Source of the DNA: Octopus vulgaris
Taxonomy: Eukaryota
Assembly: GCA_951406725.2 (NCBI GenBank)
Contig: OX597814.1
Coordinates: forward strand, 151,652,001 to 151,716,000
Length of the DNA: 64,000 bases
Direction of reading: 5' to 3'
The translations under genes and the position numbers were made by a program. The notes under the pieces are model-generated. The model did not search any database and had not been told where the DNA came from. It saw only the letters and a list, made by a program, of their open reading frames with translations. Each line of letters begins with the position of its first letter. Position 1 is the stretch's first letter. This document shows positions 24,880-37,599 of the stretch, piece after piece.

Positions 24880-25330
24880 TGACGATGTGATATTGTCCTC
24901 TCTCATGTCTGTTATGAATGCTCTACACCATATAATTTCCGTTGTTTTCTGAGAGTTTTTTCTCTTCCGTTGGTGTCCGTTTGAAAGCTGTTTTAGAACA
25001 GTGTCATTTTTGGCTGACAGAGCACGTGACTTGCTAGTTTTAATCTTTGTTCTTTGGTAATTTTGCGAAGTGGCCATATGTTGTCTCTCTTTAGAATGTC
25101 TTCATTGGTTATGTGGTCTTGCCGATATGTTCTCAGAAATCTTCTCAAGCTTCTTTGGTGGAATTCTTTGGTGGAATCTGTCGATTTTCGCGTTGCTGTT
25201 CCATGTTTTACAGGCATAGTGAATGGTTGGAGAATCTATGCTATTATAGAGTCGCACATGTATCTGTAACGGACAGTGTTGGAGGGCTAGATAGTGCACA
25301 CTCTCTGGAATACGGCCGTGGTTTTGCTAA
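24880..25330 (-). mobile_element. RTE-like LINE 3' remnant
   Basis: LYNSIDSPTIHYACKTW and FHQRSLRRFLRTYRQDHITNEDILKR...RLKLASHVL. Confidence 0.7.
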
Positions 25331-25464
25331 TTTCATGATTCGCAGATTCAATATCGTCATTATTGTAATGATGATGCCATGCCACCTATATATGTATCAG
25401 CCGCCATGACTGATAGCTAAATCCACAGGTTTTTTATTCTCACTCTGTTCATTGTCTTTTATTC

Positions 25465-25501
25465 CTTTTCTGTTGAAGAGCATAGGCTCGAAACGTTAAA
25501 G
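25465..25501 (+). ncRNA. Minimal hammerhead ribozyme motif (CUGUUGA core variant)
   Basis: TTTT-CTGTTGA-A-GAGC(ATAG)GCTC-GAAAC-GTT-AAAG. Confidence 0.6.
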
Positions 25502-25586
25502 ACTTTCTCACTTTTCTAAGCGTCAAACTAATACACCTGCTTGTTGTTCATATATCTGCCTTCGCCTGATATATATATAATGTATA

Positions 25587-25979
25587 GGAGGCGCAATGGC
25601 CCAGTGGTTAGGGCAGCAGACTCGCGGTCGGAGGATCGCGGTTTCGATTCCCAGACCGGGCGTTGTGTGTGTTTATTGAGCGAAAACACCTAAAGCTCCA
25701 CGAGGCTCCGGCAGGGGGTGGTGGCGACCCCTGTTGTACTCTTTCGCCCCAACTTTCTCTCACTCCACTCTTACTTCCTGTTTCTGTTGTACCTGTATTT
25801 CAAGGGGCCGGCCTTGTCACTCTCTGTGTCACGCTGAATATCCCTGAGAACTACGTTAAGGGTGCACGTGTCTGTGGAGTGCTCAGCCACTTACACGTTA
25901 ATTTCACGAGCAGGCTGTTCCGTTGATTCGGATCAACCGGAACCCTCATCGTCGTAACCAACGGAGTGCTTCCATCCAT
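25587..25979 (+). mobile_element. tRNA-derived SINE, second family, (TCCA)n tail
   Basis: A-box TGGCCCAGTGG and B-box GTTTCGATTCCC. Confidence 0.8.
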
Positions 25980-26012
25980 ATAATGTATGTATGTATGTAT
26001 GTATGTATTATA

Positions 26013-26183
26013 GGCGCAGGAGTGGCTGTGCGGTAAGTAGCTTGCTAACCAACCACATGGTTGCGGGTTCAGTCTCACTGCGTGGCATCTTGGGCAAGTG
26101 TCTTCTGCTATAGCCCCGGGCCGACCAATGCCTTGTGAGTGGATTTGGTAGACGGAAACTGAAAGAAGCCTGTCGTATATATG

Positions 26184-26222
<39 letters not shown>

Positions 26223-26442
26223 TTGTGTGTCTGTGTTTGTCCCCCTAGCATTGCTTGACAACCGATGCTGGTGTGTTTACGTCCCCGTCACTTAGCGGTT
26301 CGGCAAAAAGAGACCGATAGAATAAGTACTGGGCTTACAAAAAATAAGTCCCGGGGTCGATTTGATCGACTAAAGGCGGTGCTCCAGCATGGCCGCAGTC
26401 AAATGACTGAAACAAGTAAAAGAGTAAAAGAGTAAAGAGAGT
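26013..26442 (+). mobile_element. tRNA-derived SINE (same family as 13518)
   Basis: Near-identical to 13518-13934. Confidence 0.9.
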
Positions 26443-26924
26443 ATGTATGTATGTATGTATGTATGTATGTATGTATGTATGTATGTATGTATGTATGTAT
26501 GTATGTATGTGTTTACGTATGTATGTATACATACATAGAGAGAGGTGAAGGGGAGAGACAGAGAAACAAGACACCTGATGACTGCCAGAGAAAGATCGAT
26601 ATAAAATAATTAAAATGCCTCGTTCTAAATCCTTCCAAATTTAAATTGTTAGGTTAACATCCTATTATTTAATGACGTATCCATTCACGAACATGAATAC
26701 CATTATATTAATATTCCTTCATATGTCGCCTCATTTATGATGATAAAATATTCATAATATATAATATTCATAATATTCTCGATCTATATGAATGCTAATA
26801 TTGAATCAATATTCGTTTCACGTTCTGACGCAAAACCGGTAGTGTGGGGTGTAGGAGCTAAGTCGATTAATTCGACTCTAGTGAAACCAGCTCCTCGAAA
26901 CCAAACACATGGGTTGCATTGTCA

Positions 26925-28880
26925 GAGCTAGGATTCGTGCAGTGGGTTGTGAGGAAATCAAGGCCGCAGGATGGGCCCGAGTGGTGGAAATGATGCCACA
27001 TTCCGATCTTTGACAACCCAAAGAGGTAAGCTGCTAAACGAACCCGAGGAAATGCGTGAGGCCTCTCAGGAGCACTTCGCACAGCTTTTCGGGAGGAGAG
27101 GCGGACCGGAGAGTAGGAAGAACCTAACGGCTTCCTCGCCGAGCTGCCGCGCCTCTCAGGGCGGGATGCGGAGTGTTGTGAAGGGCCAATCACATCTGAG
27201 GAGGTAATAGAGGCTATGGCAGACTGCGGCGCATGTAAGGCACCCGAGACTGAATGGTCTACCCTACGAGCTATATAAGAGTATGCCAGACTTGTTCGAG
27301 CACCTGCAGGCGAATGTCTACACAAACTGGTAGCAGAATGGGTTCATTCCCAGATCTGTGCGCCGGGGAGTGGTGACGCTTGTCAGAAAGTACCCGGACA
27401 AGAAGGATTCCACTGATAATTTTCGGCCCATCACTCTGCTAAACACAGAGTTGAAGATTTTGGCCAAAGTGTTAGCGAAAACATTGGCGTGTGTCGCGGA
27501 TGATCTGATCGGGGAGGCACAGACATGTGCCGTTCCCGGCAGAACCATTCAGGATAATCTCTATCTTCTACGGTACACTTTAGAGGGGCTTAATAGTGAT
27601 TCTGGCAAAGGTGGGGCAATGGTCTATTTAGACCAATCAAAGATTTTCGATAGGGTTGACCATCGTTACCTGGTGTCCGTTCTCGCGCAGTTCGGCTTGG
27701 GTCTTGGCTTCCTCTGGTGGATCATTCAAATTTACGATAACATCGACTCGATCGTTCGGGTGAACGGCTTTTTATCTAAGCCGTTCTGTATCAAATGCTT
27801 GGTTCATCAAGGGTATCCGTTCTCCCCGCTTTTGCATATGATGGCTCTTGAGCCATTGCTGCGAAAGTTGAGCGGCATCCCGAGACAGCCAGGTTGTAGA
27901 AAGTCGGTTTACGGCACCTGGAGAGGCAAGTCGATGCCTCCTGACAGCTTCGTGGGACGTTGGACGATTAAGTTACTAGGAGTCTGGTTTGGTCTGGATC
28001 TCCAAATAGAGAAGAATTGGGCTGAAGTATCGAGAAGAGTAACCCACATAATCAAGATCTGGTCTTGGCGGCGGCTATCCCTTCGTAGATCGAAGTTGGG
28101 TACATGGTTCATGGAGTGTCGTAAAGCTTTCCTGCTATTCCGCCGTTCGGGCAATGCCTGTGGTAGTGGTTCAACCGCATCTTTCTATAGAGGGCTGGTA
28201 GAGGCGGAATGTGACGATACCTTAGGAGAAACCCTAGGTCTCGACGATAACCAGCTGGTCAGTCTGTTTCAACGTACATTCAGGCCAAAGACCCTGGATA
28301 ATTTTCAGAAGTCTATGGCATGGCAATGTTACCTCTTCGGAAAAGTTCACATGATGTGGGCATGATAGGGAAACCGCCCTGCATGCTATTGCTCAGTGTT
28401 CGGAGGTGTCAGACGTGTGGTTTTGTGCTGAAGAGCTGTGGTCAATTACACGAAGTGTACTGCTATCGACTGAGCCTATAATAAGAACTGACCCACCGGA
28501 TTTCCCATCGAAAGAAGGTAAGATTAGCTTTTTCGTCGTACTAACAATTGCGAGAGAGGTGATTTGGAAGACGAGATTGAAAGGTTTAAAGTCAGGCATC
28601 TTCATCTCTGGCTCTGCATTGGTGAATTACTTCACGTTTCACCATAAAAGGAAAATAGGGCTAGAGAGAAAATGTCTGGCTGTGAAAATGTTTGGAAATC
28701 GAAGNNNNNNNNNNNNNNNNNNNNNNNNNNNNNNNNNNNNNNNNNNNNNNNNNNNNNNNNNNNNNNNNNNNNNNNNNNNNNNNNNNNNNNNNNNNNNNNN
28801 NNNNATGTCTGGCTGTGAAAATGTTTGGAAATCGATGGAAGAATGTTGCATGAATATTGCGTATGAATGTAACCTTATGA
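26925..28880 (+). mobile_element. Tx1/L1-clade LINE ORF2 remnant
   Basis: NFRPITLLNTELKILAKVLA, QTCAVPGRTIQDN, LDQSKIFDRVDH, HQGYPFSPLL and KLLGVWFG. The C-terminus FGNRWKNVA lies across the N gap. Confidence 0.88.
28705..28804. other. Assembly gap (100 N)
   Basis: Run of N. Confidence 1.
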
Positions 28881-28899
28881 ATGCGACGCAGGACGTATC

Positions 28900-29841
28900 C
28901 CAAGCTATAATGGAAATGACAAAGGAGCATATTCGGCATATTTTACTTTATGAGTTTAATAAAGGTAACAACGCAACGGAAAGTGTGAAGAATATTAATG
29001 CAGTATATGGGGATCGGACAATAAGCGTAAGCCAGTGTCGACGGTGGTTCCAGAAAATCCGGGCTGGAATCTACAACCTAGAAGATGAGCTTCGTTCTAG
29101 ATCTATAGATCTCGACGAGAATGTCCTGCAAACCCTGGTGGAACAAGGGAGGAACTAGCAGAGGAACTGCTGAGGAACTAGTAGAGAAGCTTAGATTTGG
29201 TCATTCACTCATTCATCGACACCTGTATGCCATCGGAAAAGTCAGCAAAGTGGGCCAATGGGTTCTTCAGAAACTTTCCGAGTTTAATCGTGCGCAGAAT
29301 GAATGCGTGCTCTTCTTTGCACCCCAGCACCTCAGGCAAAAGACGATCTTCACCCACATAAATGTTGTTATCTGTTTGGTGGGATATGAAACGTTTAGAC
29401 CAGTTTGAACTTTGAAATCCAGACGAAACAATAACAAAGGAGATCTACAGGGAGCAGCTTGAGCGGCTTTAGTCAGCGTTGGAAGCAAAACGACCATCTT
29501 TGATTTCGAGACGAAAGGTGTTCTTCCATCAAGATAATAAAGGCTGGAGGAGTTTGAATGGGAAACGATGCCCCACACACCTTATTCACCGGACATTGTC
29601 CCATCTGATTATCAATAATTCTGCAGTCTTCAAAATCATTTGGACGGAAAAAATATGAATTCCAGAACAGTACTGGAGGAATATTTTTAGAAGAGGGGCC
29701 TTGCAAGTCTACCAGATAGAGGCAAGGGCATTATAGAAAATGAAAGAGAGTATATTTTCGATTAAAAAATAACTTTGTTATCGTAATTTTGAAAACTAAA
29801 AGAAGTATAAAAAACGCATTATTTATGGGCTGGCCCAATAC
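28900..29841 (+). mobile_element. Mariner transposon, degenerate
   Basis: MTKEHIRHILLYEFNKGNNAT..., GQWVLQKLSE and WETMPHTPYSPDIVPSDY. The right TIR ends TTATGGGCTGGCCCAATA. Confidence 0.88.
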
Positions 29842-29932
29842 AATATTAATTGCATCGGCGTACGAGTTGTTAAAAAGGTTACGATTTTTTAACTGTGTAA
29901 CAGAAGTGATTCGAAGGTAAGGACAGAACACG

Positions 29933-30030
<98 letters not shown>

Positions 30031-30607
30031 CATATATATATCGGGAAATTTGTGGTCTGAGTTACGCGAAACTTATTTTATTCCATTTGTATTCACATTT
30101 CAGTGATGTTTTCAGAGTCTTAGGGTATTTTCCCATTATGCGCCGGTTTGGCTGTGTTAAATTACAGACAAGCACGCAAGCAAGCAAGCAAGCACGCAAG
30201 CACGCGAGCAATCACAGATTTTAGTATTAGATAGATAGATTCTCCAGCATACTGAATATGTGTCAGGTTTCATGTAAAAGATCACATAAATATTAAATGT
30301 TGAATTTTAATCGAAAGGCTACACATTTGGGGAAACGTATGAAGCTCGATTCAAAGAGTGGTTGATGTATTGATTATTTTTACTAAACTAGATGTGTTGA
30401 GAGCATTGTAATAACGAGAAAAGCGACCTGTTATGGTCAAAATGAATACAGGAAGTATCCAATACAGCTGCCAAATGAATAAAAAAGGTTATCCAACACA
30501 ATAACACTGGTTACATAAGCGGTATTTTGCAACACAGGACAAGATTACTAACGGCATTTAATGTCAATTATTTTCATGAGTTTTAACTTTCTTAGCGGAA
30601 CTTGAAC

Positions 30608-30950
30608 TACGAGGTGGTACCCAAAAGAAACCGGAATTTTACAATATTATTTTATTCACTCAGTTTTACATATTTACACTTTTATCGCCTTGAAAGTATT
30701 TTTCATTTGAAGCAATGCATCGGTCTAGACGCGTTTTCCACTGTTTGAACCAGTCCTGGTAATTTTGCGAAGTGATGCGCTTTAACGCTTCCGTCTTTTT
30801 TTTTTCTTCACCTCTTCTATATCTGCAAAACGTTTTCTTTTAAGATTTTTTTTGTTCGGGGGAACAAAAAAGTTGCTGGAAGCAAGATTGGGTAAGTAAT
30901 GCCATTTTTGGTCAAAAATTGTCTCACGCTCAACACCATGAGTGCGTACA
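30608..30950 (-). mobile_element. Mariner 3' end remnant
   Basis: TA-CGAGGTGGTACCCAAAAGAAACCGGAAT TIR and YLPNLASSNFF...LKRKRFADIEEVK. Confidence 0.7.
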
Positions 30951-33062
30951 AATTCTTGTAGATCACACGAACGCACTGGTATCGCCAGGCAGTTCACTTT
31001 AAATAAGAACTACAATAAATTTGAATAGACTAAATATACAGTAGTAAGTATATATGTATCATTGTCATATGGTTAAAAGAGTTATTGCTTTTAGTTTGCA
31101 GATAAATGCTTCTTGTTTGAAACCAGTCTAGTGCTACGTATATATGCAAGAATAAGAAATCTGATGACAATAGAGAAAGAAACGAATTAAAGTAGTTTAG
31201 TGATCCCCATGTAAACTCTTTCATCTCACTGATTATATTAGACCGACGGCGAAATCAGCAGCTATAAAGGTTGTTTCTGTAAAAACTGACACTTCCTTTT
31301 TCCGAGCTGAGATTCGAAACCAAATCTAAGAATTCTCGCTCGTCTGATCCACCACTGGCCAAACAGGCGCGAAAGAAATTTCTTGGTCCTGTCAAAAAGT
31401 GATGGATCGTTTTCTCTTCGACCTAAGATCTGAGCCGTGTCATTTAAGGTTCAAGTGGACAGGAGGCCACCTACATGGGTAAAAGTTACTCCTGTGGTAT
31501 GTCTATCCTTCTAGCTGTCATGTCCGTTATAAATACAATCAGACATACGATAGAGGCAGTGAGCCATCACCAGGCGAACTGTCAAGAGACAGCCTTGCAC
31601 CAGTTAAGCAGACAACATAGAACCACATATTCAGCATGAACGACCCAACACAGTAGCAGACGCAGAACATAAGAAGCCACCACTGAATGATCAATGCACT
31701 CACAGACATAAAACATGCCCGGTTCCACCTCATCATATCGACATAGTATTCCTCATGTTATTTTCTTCTTCGCCAACTCGAAGTAAGTTGGTAATGTCAT
31801 GTAGTGAATTTTTTGGTGTATACAAGAGGTAAATGCAAGTGTCGTTTAAATAAATTATTTAAACCACAATCCGATGCTTTCCCATTGGAAAACTCACAAT
31901 GCAGGGGCATTATTTCCGTTTTCTCTCTTCCATAGTTGTTATTCTGTTGAACATTCATCTCTTATGTCTCCTCTTAACATAATTGAGTAACTCCACTTTC
32001 TGCTAAATCTCATCCTCTCACGGTTGTTGCCATCTCCCTTAAGAGGTGGTTTTAATCTAGGGATTTCATTTCTTGAAACCTGTCTCGCTATTTTACTTCT
32101 TTCTTTTCTTTTTCTTATAAAAAATATAAACCAAATTTATTTATATCATCGATCGTTTTATGACACTTAGGGTAAATTTTCATTTTGGGTTTCATTTTTT
32201 CCATTTTCTTTTTTAACTCGCAATTTACAAAGAAGTAACTTGTCACCTTTCGGACTTCTAATTTAGAAGAATCTATCGGTATGATGTCTCTTCAATGCCT
32301 TTTATGGATATATAATACTCATTAAAACGTCCTTGAAGTACCTTTATAAATATTGATAAGGAATGTTTACAACATACAAAATTACAATTAAGTTATTTAG
32401 TTTCGAGCATACCTGGTATGTGACAGGTGTCATGTAATGATTGCCCAATTTTAGTTGAAAGGCTGTACGTTTGTGGCAGGTAGGCGATGGTGATCGGTTC
32501 AGAGATTGGTTGATGTATTACAGATGAGCGGAGAATGCTGTTATAACAAGAAAACTGACGCATGAAGGCCAAAATGAATACAATAACACTGGATACATTA
32601 AGCACTGTAACACAGGACAAGATTATTGACGATATTTAATGTCAACAATTTTCATGAGTTTTACCTCGATCTATATTCATAAAAAACTGCAAGGGTTACA
32701 GCTATGAAGCTGGTAAACAATGGAGAGATAATCGCTATCTTATAATACAGAGCTAAAATGTTTATTTGTTAAACAAATGATTCACTACAATTTGTAAGAG
32801 CATTGAAATCGAATGATAATTAATTTATTAATGCTAAGATGCTTAATGTATTTTGACTAACAATGGAAAATATATTTCTGTATATAAGATTGTAACTCTT
32901 AGTTTTCTGCAGTATGTCATGTACTTTGAAACATTAATATAGGTTGCATACTTCTCTAAAATCATACAAAATCTGAGTGTATCTAGGAGAATTAGTCTGT
33001 ATACACTAACTATTGGTAAAAAAACCCCCCAAAAAACTTATCTTATTGGAAACAACATAATT

Positions 33063-33246
33063 ATGTCGGAAAGATCACAGATTTTACATAACAGTGAAAA
33101 GGAGCGCAATTCTGGTTTCAATGAGCAGAGTAACTTTTACCGTTCAGTAGATAAGGATTTGAATGCTTGTAATGATAGTTCCATTAGTACAACAGATGAT
33201 GATTCCAGTTCCTTAATTAACACAACAGAAGCAAAAAATAATGCAG
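33063..33246 (+). CDS. SLC38A7: SLC38A7/8-like amino-acid transporter, coding exon 1
   Basis: ATG...MSERSQIL...DDDSSSLINTTEAKNNA, then CAG/GTAAAC donor. Phase 1 matches exon 2. Sequence conservation alone is weak here. Confidence 0.7.
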
Positions 33247-33793
33247 GTAAACTATTTTTATATTTGTAATAACACTTGTGATACAGAACTATCCCATAAA
33301 ACATATCCTCTTTAATGTCGAACCATATGAACAGATCACAGAAGTCGCCGTCGTTGTTATCGGCGTCTTTGTTGTTGCTGTCATCGTCTTTTCTTCCTTT
33401 TCTTACATTCCTTCTTCTCGTCCTCACTTCTTTTCCTCAACTTCCCTTTCTCGTCCTTCATCTCCTCGTCTTCCTCCTGCCACTTCATCTTTTCTTCTTT
33501 TATTCCTCCTCCTCATTCTTATTCTCCATATCGCTTTCTCTTTTTCTCTCTCTGTCTCTTTATTGAACATAAAATATGGTAGTTCCCAGTTTTTTCTTTT
33601 TTTATATTTGTGTTGTTTTTTAACTTCTGCAAAATAAATTTATAAATCCTCTTTTTCACCAGATATTTCATTTTATGCCGAATCTTAAATTATTCACACG
33701 TTTTCTTAAATATATATTGGAAAATTCATTTTCTTTTCTAAATAATCTGATGGATCATTAGATGAAACGAAAATCTTTAGTAAGAAGTATTTT

Positions 33794-34466
33794 CGGATCT
33801 TTTCGGTTTGAACGGCAGTTTTTAACATAATTTCTAGGTAACTAAAAAATTTTAAACTTCGTATACTGGTAGAATGTGTTTATAAAACATCTTTTTCTCT
33901 TGGCTTTATTGAGAAAATTCTATAGTTTGTAAGATATTTGGTCTTTAATTTCTTCAATTTCTGCAATTCCAACCAATCACTGGCGTCTATTGAGTTAAAA
34001 AGCATTCTGTGCCGTATGAATATGTCCCTCGTTTAAGAAACAGATAAGGTTATTTACATTTGTGAAGAAAAAAAGATACCTTTCCCCCACCCCAAACCCT
34101 AACTAACCCTAAATCTAAAATAGATTGAATTGCATTTCAATCTATTTTAGATTTAGGGTTAGTTAGGGTTTGGGGTGAAAATATCTTTTTTTCTTCACAA
34201 ATGTAAATAACCTAATCTGTTTCTTAAACGAGGGACATATTCATACGGCACAGAATGCTTTTTAACTCAATAGACGCCAGTGATTGGTTGGAATTGCAGA
34301 AATTGAAGAAATTAAAGACCAAATATCTTACAAACTATAGAATTTTCTCAATAAAGCCAAGAGAAAAAGATGTTTTATAAATACATTCTACCAGTATACG
34401 AAGTTTAAAATTTTTTAGTTACCTAGAAATTATGTTAAAAACTGCCGTTCAAACCGAAAAGATCCG
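33794..34466. repeat. Spacerless palindrome with ~335 bp arms and telomere-like CCCTAA motifs
   Basis: CGGATCTTTTCGGTTTGAACGGCAG...CTGCCGTTCAAACCGAAAAGATCCG, centred at TG|CA 34132/34133. Confidence 0.93.
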
Positions 34467-34841
34467 TCTTTTCAATTAAGTTGGTACGAAAAAGAAGTTC
34501 CTCTCATTTATGACATATAGTCATTTAGGCTGGAGGAGTCGGCATAATTATGGAAAAAAACGTTCAAAACGGCATTTTTAAACAGCCGCATATGTCTGTA
34601 CGTCTGATAATGAAGGCGCCATGCTTATGCACGCACCAACAATATAGCTGAAATCTATACCTATACTGTACAAACCGAAGAACACCAAAAACTTATGGAC
34701 GCTTCATGAGTGATCTGGAATGATATATTTCAACAGGTCCACGACCTTAATTTAAATGACAGGCCATACAACACCAGGTATAAGTAAAGAACCAAGTAAA
34801 TTAGAATTAGAGGCAGTAAACGAAATAGTAAACATATATCC

Positions 34842-37442
34842 GAAACTTAGATAAACTTAGATAAACTTAGATATGTTTCGACCAGAGATTGGTCCAGGCC
34901 ATGTCTAACTTAATAGCACCACCTGATAGGATTATTCGAATCCTGTTTAAGTCAAGTTTTGTTCAAGTAGTGAGTTCTTGTTGGGTGAGTTGTATCCAGT
35001 TTTGTTCAAGTAGTGAGTTCTTGTTGGGTGAGTTGTATCCAATTATGGGTGGCTTATCTGGTATTCTTTGAAGGAATCTATCCAGACTCTGTTTGAAGTT
35101 GATGGGATCCTTTTCCTCTTTGATCTCCCTCGGGACAATGTTAAATAGGGCAGGGCCTGTTGAGGAAAAGAAATTATGTTGCAGTGTACGTGTATGTTGT
35201 GATCTTGAATTTGGCAGGGGACGTATAGCCCGTGGTCCAAGTCTTGGATGAACCTTGAAGCTAATGTTTAGGTCGTTTGGGCAAAGTTGGTGGTATATTT
35301 TCCACATCGTACAAATGATGTACCGCTCACGGCGATGCTGGAGGGAGTAAAGTTTCAAGGCTTTAAGGCGATCCCAATAATCGAGAGCAGCCATGCCTTC
35401 AATTTGTTTAGTGAGAGCCCTCTGGGGTGACTCAATTCTGGAGATGTTTTGTCTTGTGTGAGGAGACCACAGTGGGCAGCAGTATTCAAGGTGTGGCCGT
35501 ACAAAGGAGGAAAAAAGTGGTATGATGACACCTTGTTCTCTGGACCGGAAAGTTCTTAAGATCCAGGAACTCATCCTACGAGCTATATCGACCTTCTTGT
35601 TGATGTGTGCACTCCAACTGAGATCGTCATCAACAATTACACCCAGGTCTCTGATATTGTTAGAGGCTGTGAGCGGTTCCCCTGAAGGAAGAGAGTATGG
35701 TTGTTTTAGTGAGGAATTTCTTCCAAAATGCATCAGCTCAAATTTTCCCTCATTCAGTTGCATTTTGTTTCTGTCTGCCCATTGACTCACAGCATATAGA
35801 TCAGACTGGAGTTGAGTTCGGTCTGCTTCTTCATTGACGATTTGCTGGAGCTTAGTGTCATCAGCGAATATTTTCACTTTGCAGTGATGTACGACACTGG
35901 AAAGGTCGTTTACGTAAATTATGAAGAGTAGCGGACCCAAAACAGTTCCCTGGGGAACACCGCTGGTGACTTTTGCTGGGTTTGAGTGGACTCTATCAAC
36001 TACAACATGTTGTGTTCTATTCGCCAGGAAATACTGAATCCAGCGTAGAACTTTTCCACGGATTCCAACATTTGCTAATTTTGAGAGTAGGATGTTATGG
36101 TCTACCCTGTCGAACGCTTTACTGAAGTCAAGATATATGACGTCAGAGTTCGAACCTGTTCCCAAGGCTTTGAGTACATCTTCAATGTGGTGTAAGAGCT
36201 GTGTTAGACAGTCCCTGCCACAGCGAAAGCCATGCTGATTTGAATTTAGGAGTTTGTGGGTCTCCAGGAAGTCAGCTATCCTTGATCTTAACACTCTTTC
36301 AAACACTTTAATGATGTGGGAGGTGAGTGAGATTGGGCGATAGTTGACTGCGAGGGATCTGTTTCCCTGTTTGAAAACCGGGATGACCGACTGGGATAGA
36401 AACTGTTTCGGTATATAACCTGCGTCTAACGAGTTTCTCCAGAGGTTGGTCAGAGGGACTGCAAGTTGATATCTACATTCCTTTAGGAGACTAGCGGGAA
36501 ATCTATCAGGGCCTACAGCAGAGTAATGTTTGACCTCATTTATTGCTGCTACGATGTCGGTGGCAGTGAAGGTTATGTCTGCGATTTTGTGTTGGGAGTC
36601 AACTTCGTTCGTTTCCCTCACATCAATATCAGTGGGAACACTGAAGACAGAGCAGTATTGTTTCTGCAGTATTTCTGCCATTTCTTTAGCATCGTGTTGG
36701 GGAATGCCGTTATCATCAATCAATGGCCCAATGGGTGAGACAGTGGTTCTATGCTTATTTGCATAAGACTAGAACACTTTTGGGTTCTGTTTGATGTTTT
36801 TGATTACCCATTGTTCCTCCACGGCTCTTTGATTTTCAATGGAGGTTTTCATGTTAGTCTGCAGATGAAGTTTTTCCAGCTCTAGTCTTTTCATTCTTGT
36901 TGAATGTGGATGTTGTGTGTGGGAATATTTTAATTGGTTGATTTTTTTGTTGAGTCTTTTGATGCGCCTGGTGAGTGTTTTTTTCTTTTTAGGGAGCCGG
37001 TTTCTGTTTGTGTTAGTAGATTTCTTAGGAGCGTGTTTAGAGCATGTATAGGTGACAATGGTTTCAAAGTGCTGCCACGCGGTCTCAACATGAGGGGAAT
37101 TGAGAGTAAAAGACCAGTCGATGGAAGACAGATCCTTTCTGATTGTTCCCCAGTCCACTTTGTGGAAGTTTATGTTGTCAAATGGGTGCCATGGAGTGGG
37201 ATTGGCTGGTTTGGTTTTTATATGTCGGGAATTAAGATTGCAGAGTACCATGTCGTGGTCTGAGAGGAGAGTTTTTTCGACTGAAATGCTGTGAACATAG
37301 CTAGAGTGATTGGTCAATACCAGATCCAAGATCGTTTTATTCTGTCTCGTTGGTTCAAGCACTAGCTGAGTCAGGAAATACTCATCCATCAGATTAAAGA
37401 GCAGTTATGCTGCTGCCTTATCTGATGTAGAGCACTTGCCTA
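34842..37442 (-). mobile_element. 5'-truncated CR1-group LINE in intron 1, ORF2 with a single in-frame stop, (TCTAAGTTTA)n tail
   Basis: ORFs 36769-37389 and 34963-36723 are in the same frame. SDHDMV (APE end), YLDFSKAFDRVDH, GVPQGTVLGP and FADDTK. Confidence 0.93.
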
Positions 37443-37599
37443 GAAGATCACACAGTCCAGTTATATATGAAAAGAAACCTATAAAACTATTAATGCTTTG
37501 ACATATATCTCAGCTATTATGTTACTAAGAGCTGAGACCACGCAATCGAGATTCAAGTGGAAAACCTGAAGGAGCATAGGTACGTAACTTAAAGAATAA

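Noticed and set aside
28406-29158. 250-aa Tx1-mariner 'fusion' ORF
   Set aside because: Reads through the N gap; closing the overlap ends the Tx1 frame at a stop.
31230-31745. GC-richer segment with short ORFs
   Set aside because: No recognisable motif or consistent splice structure.
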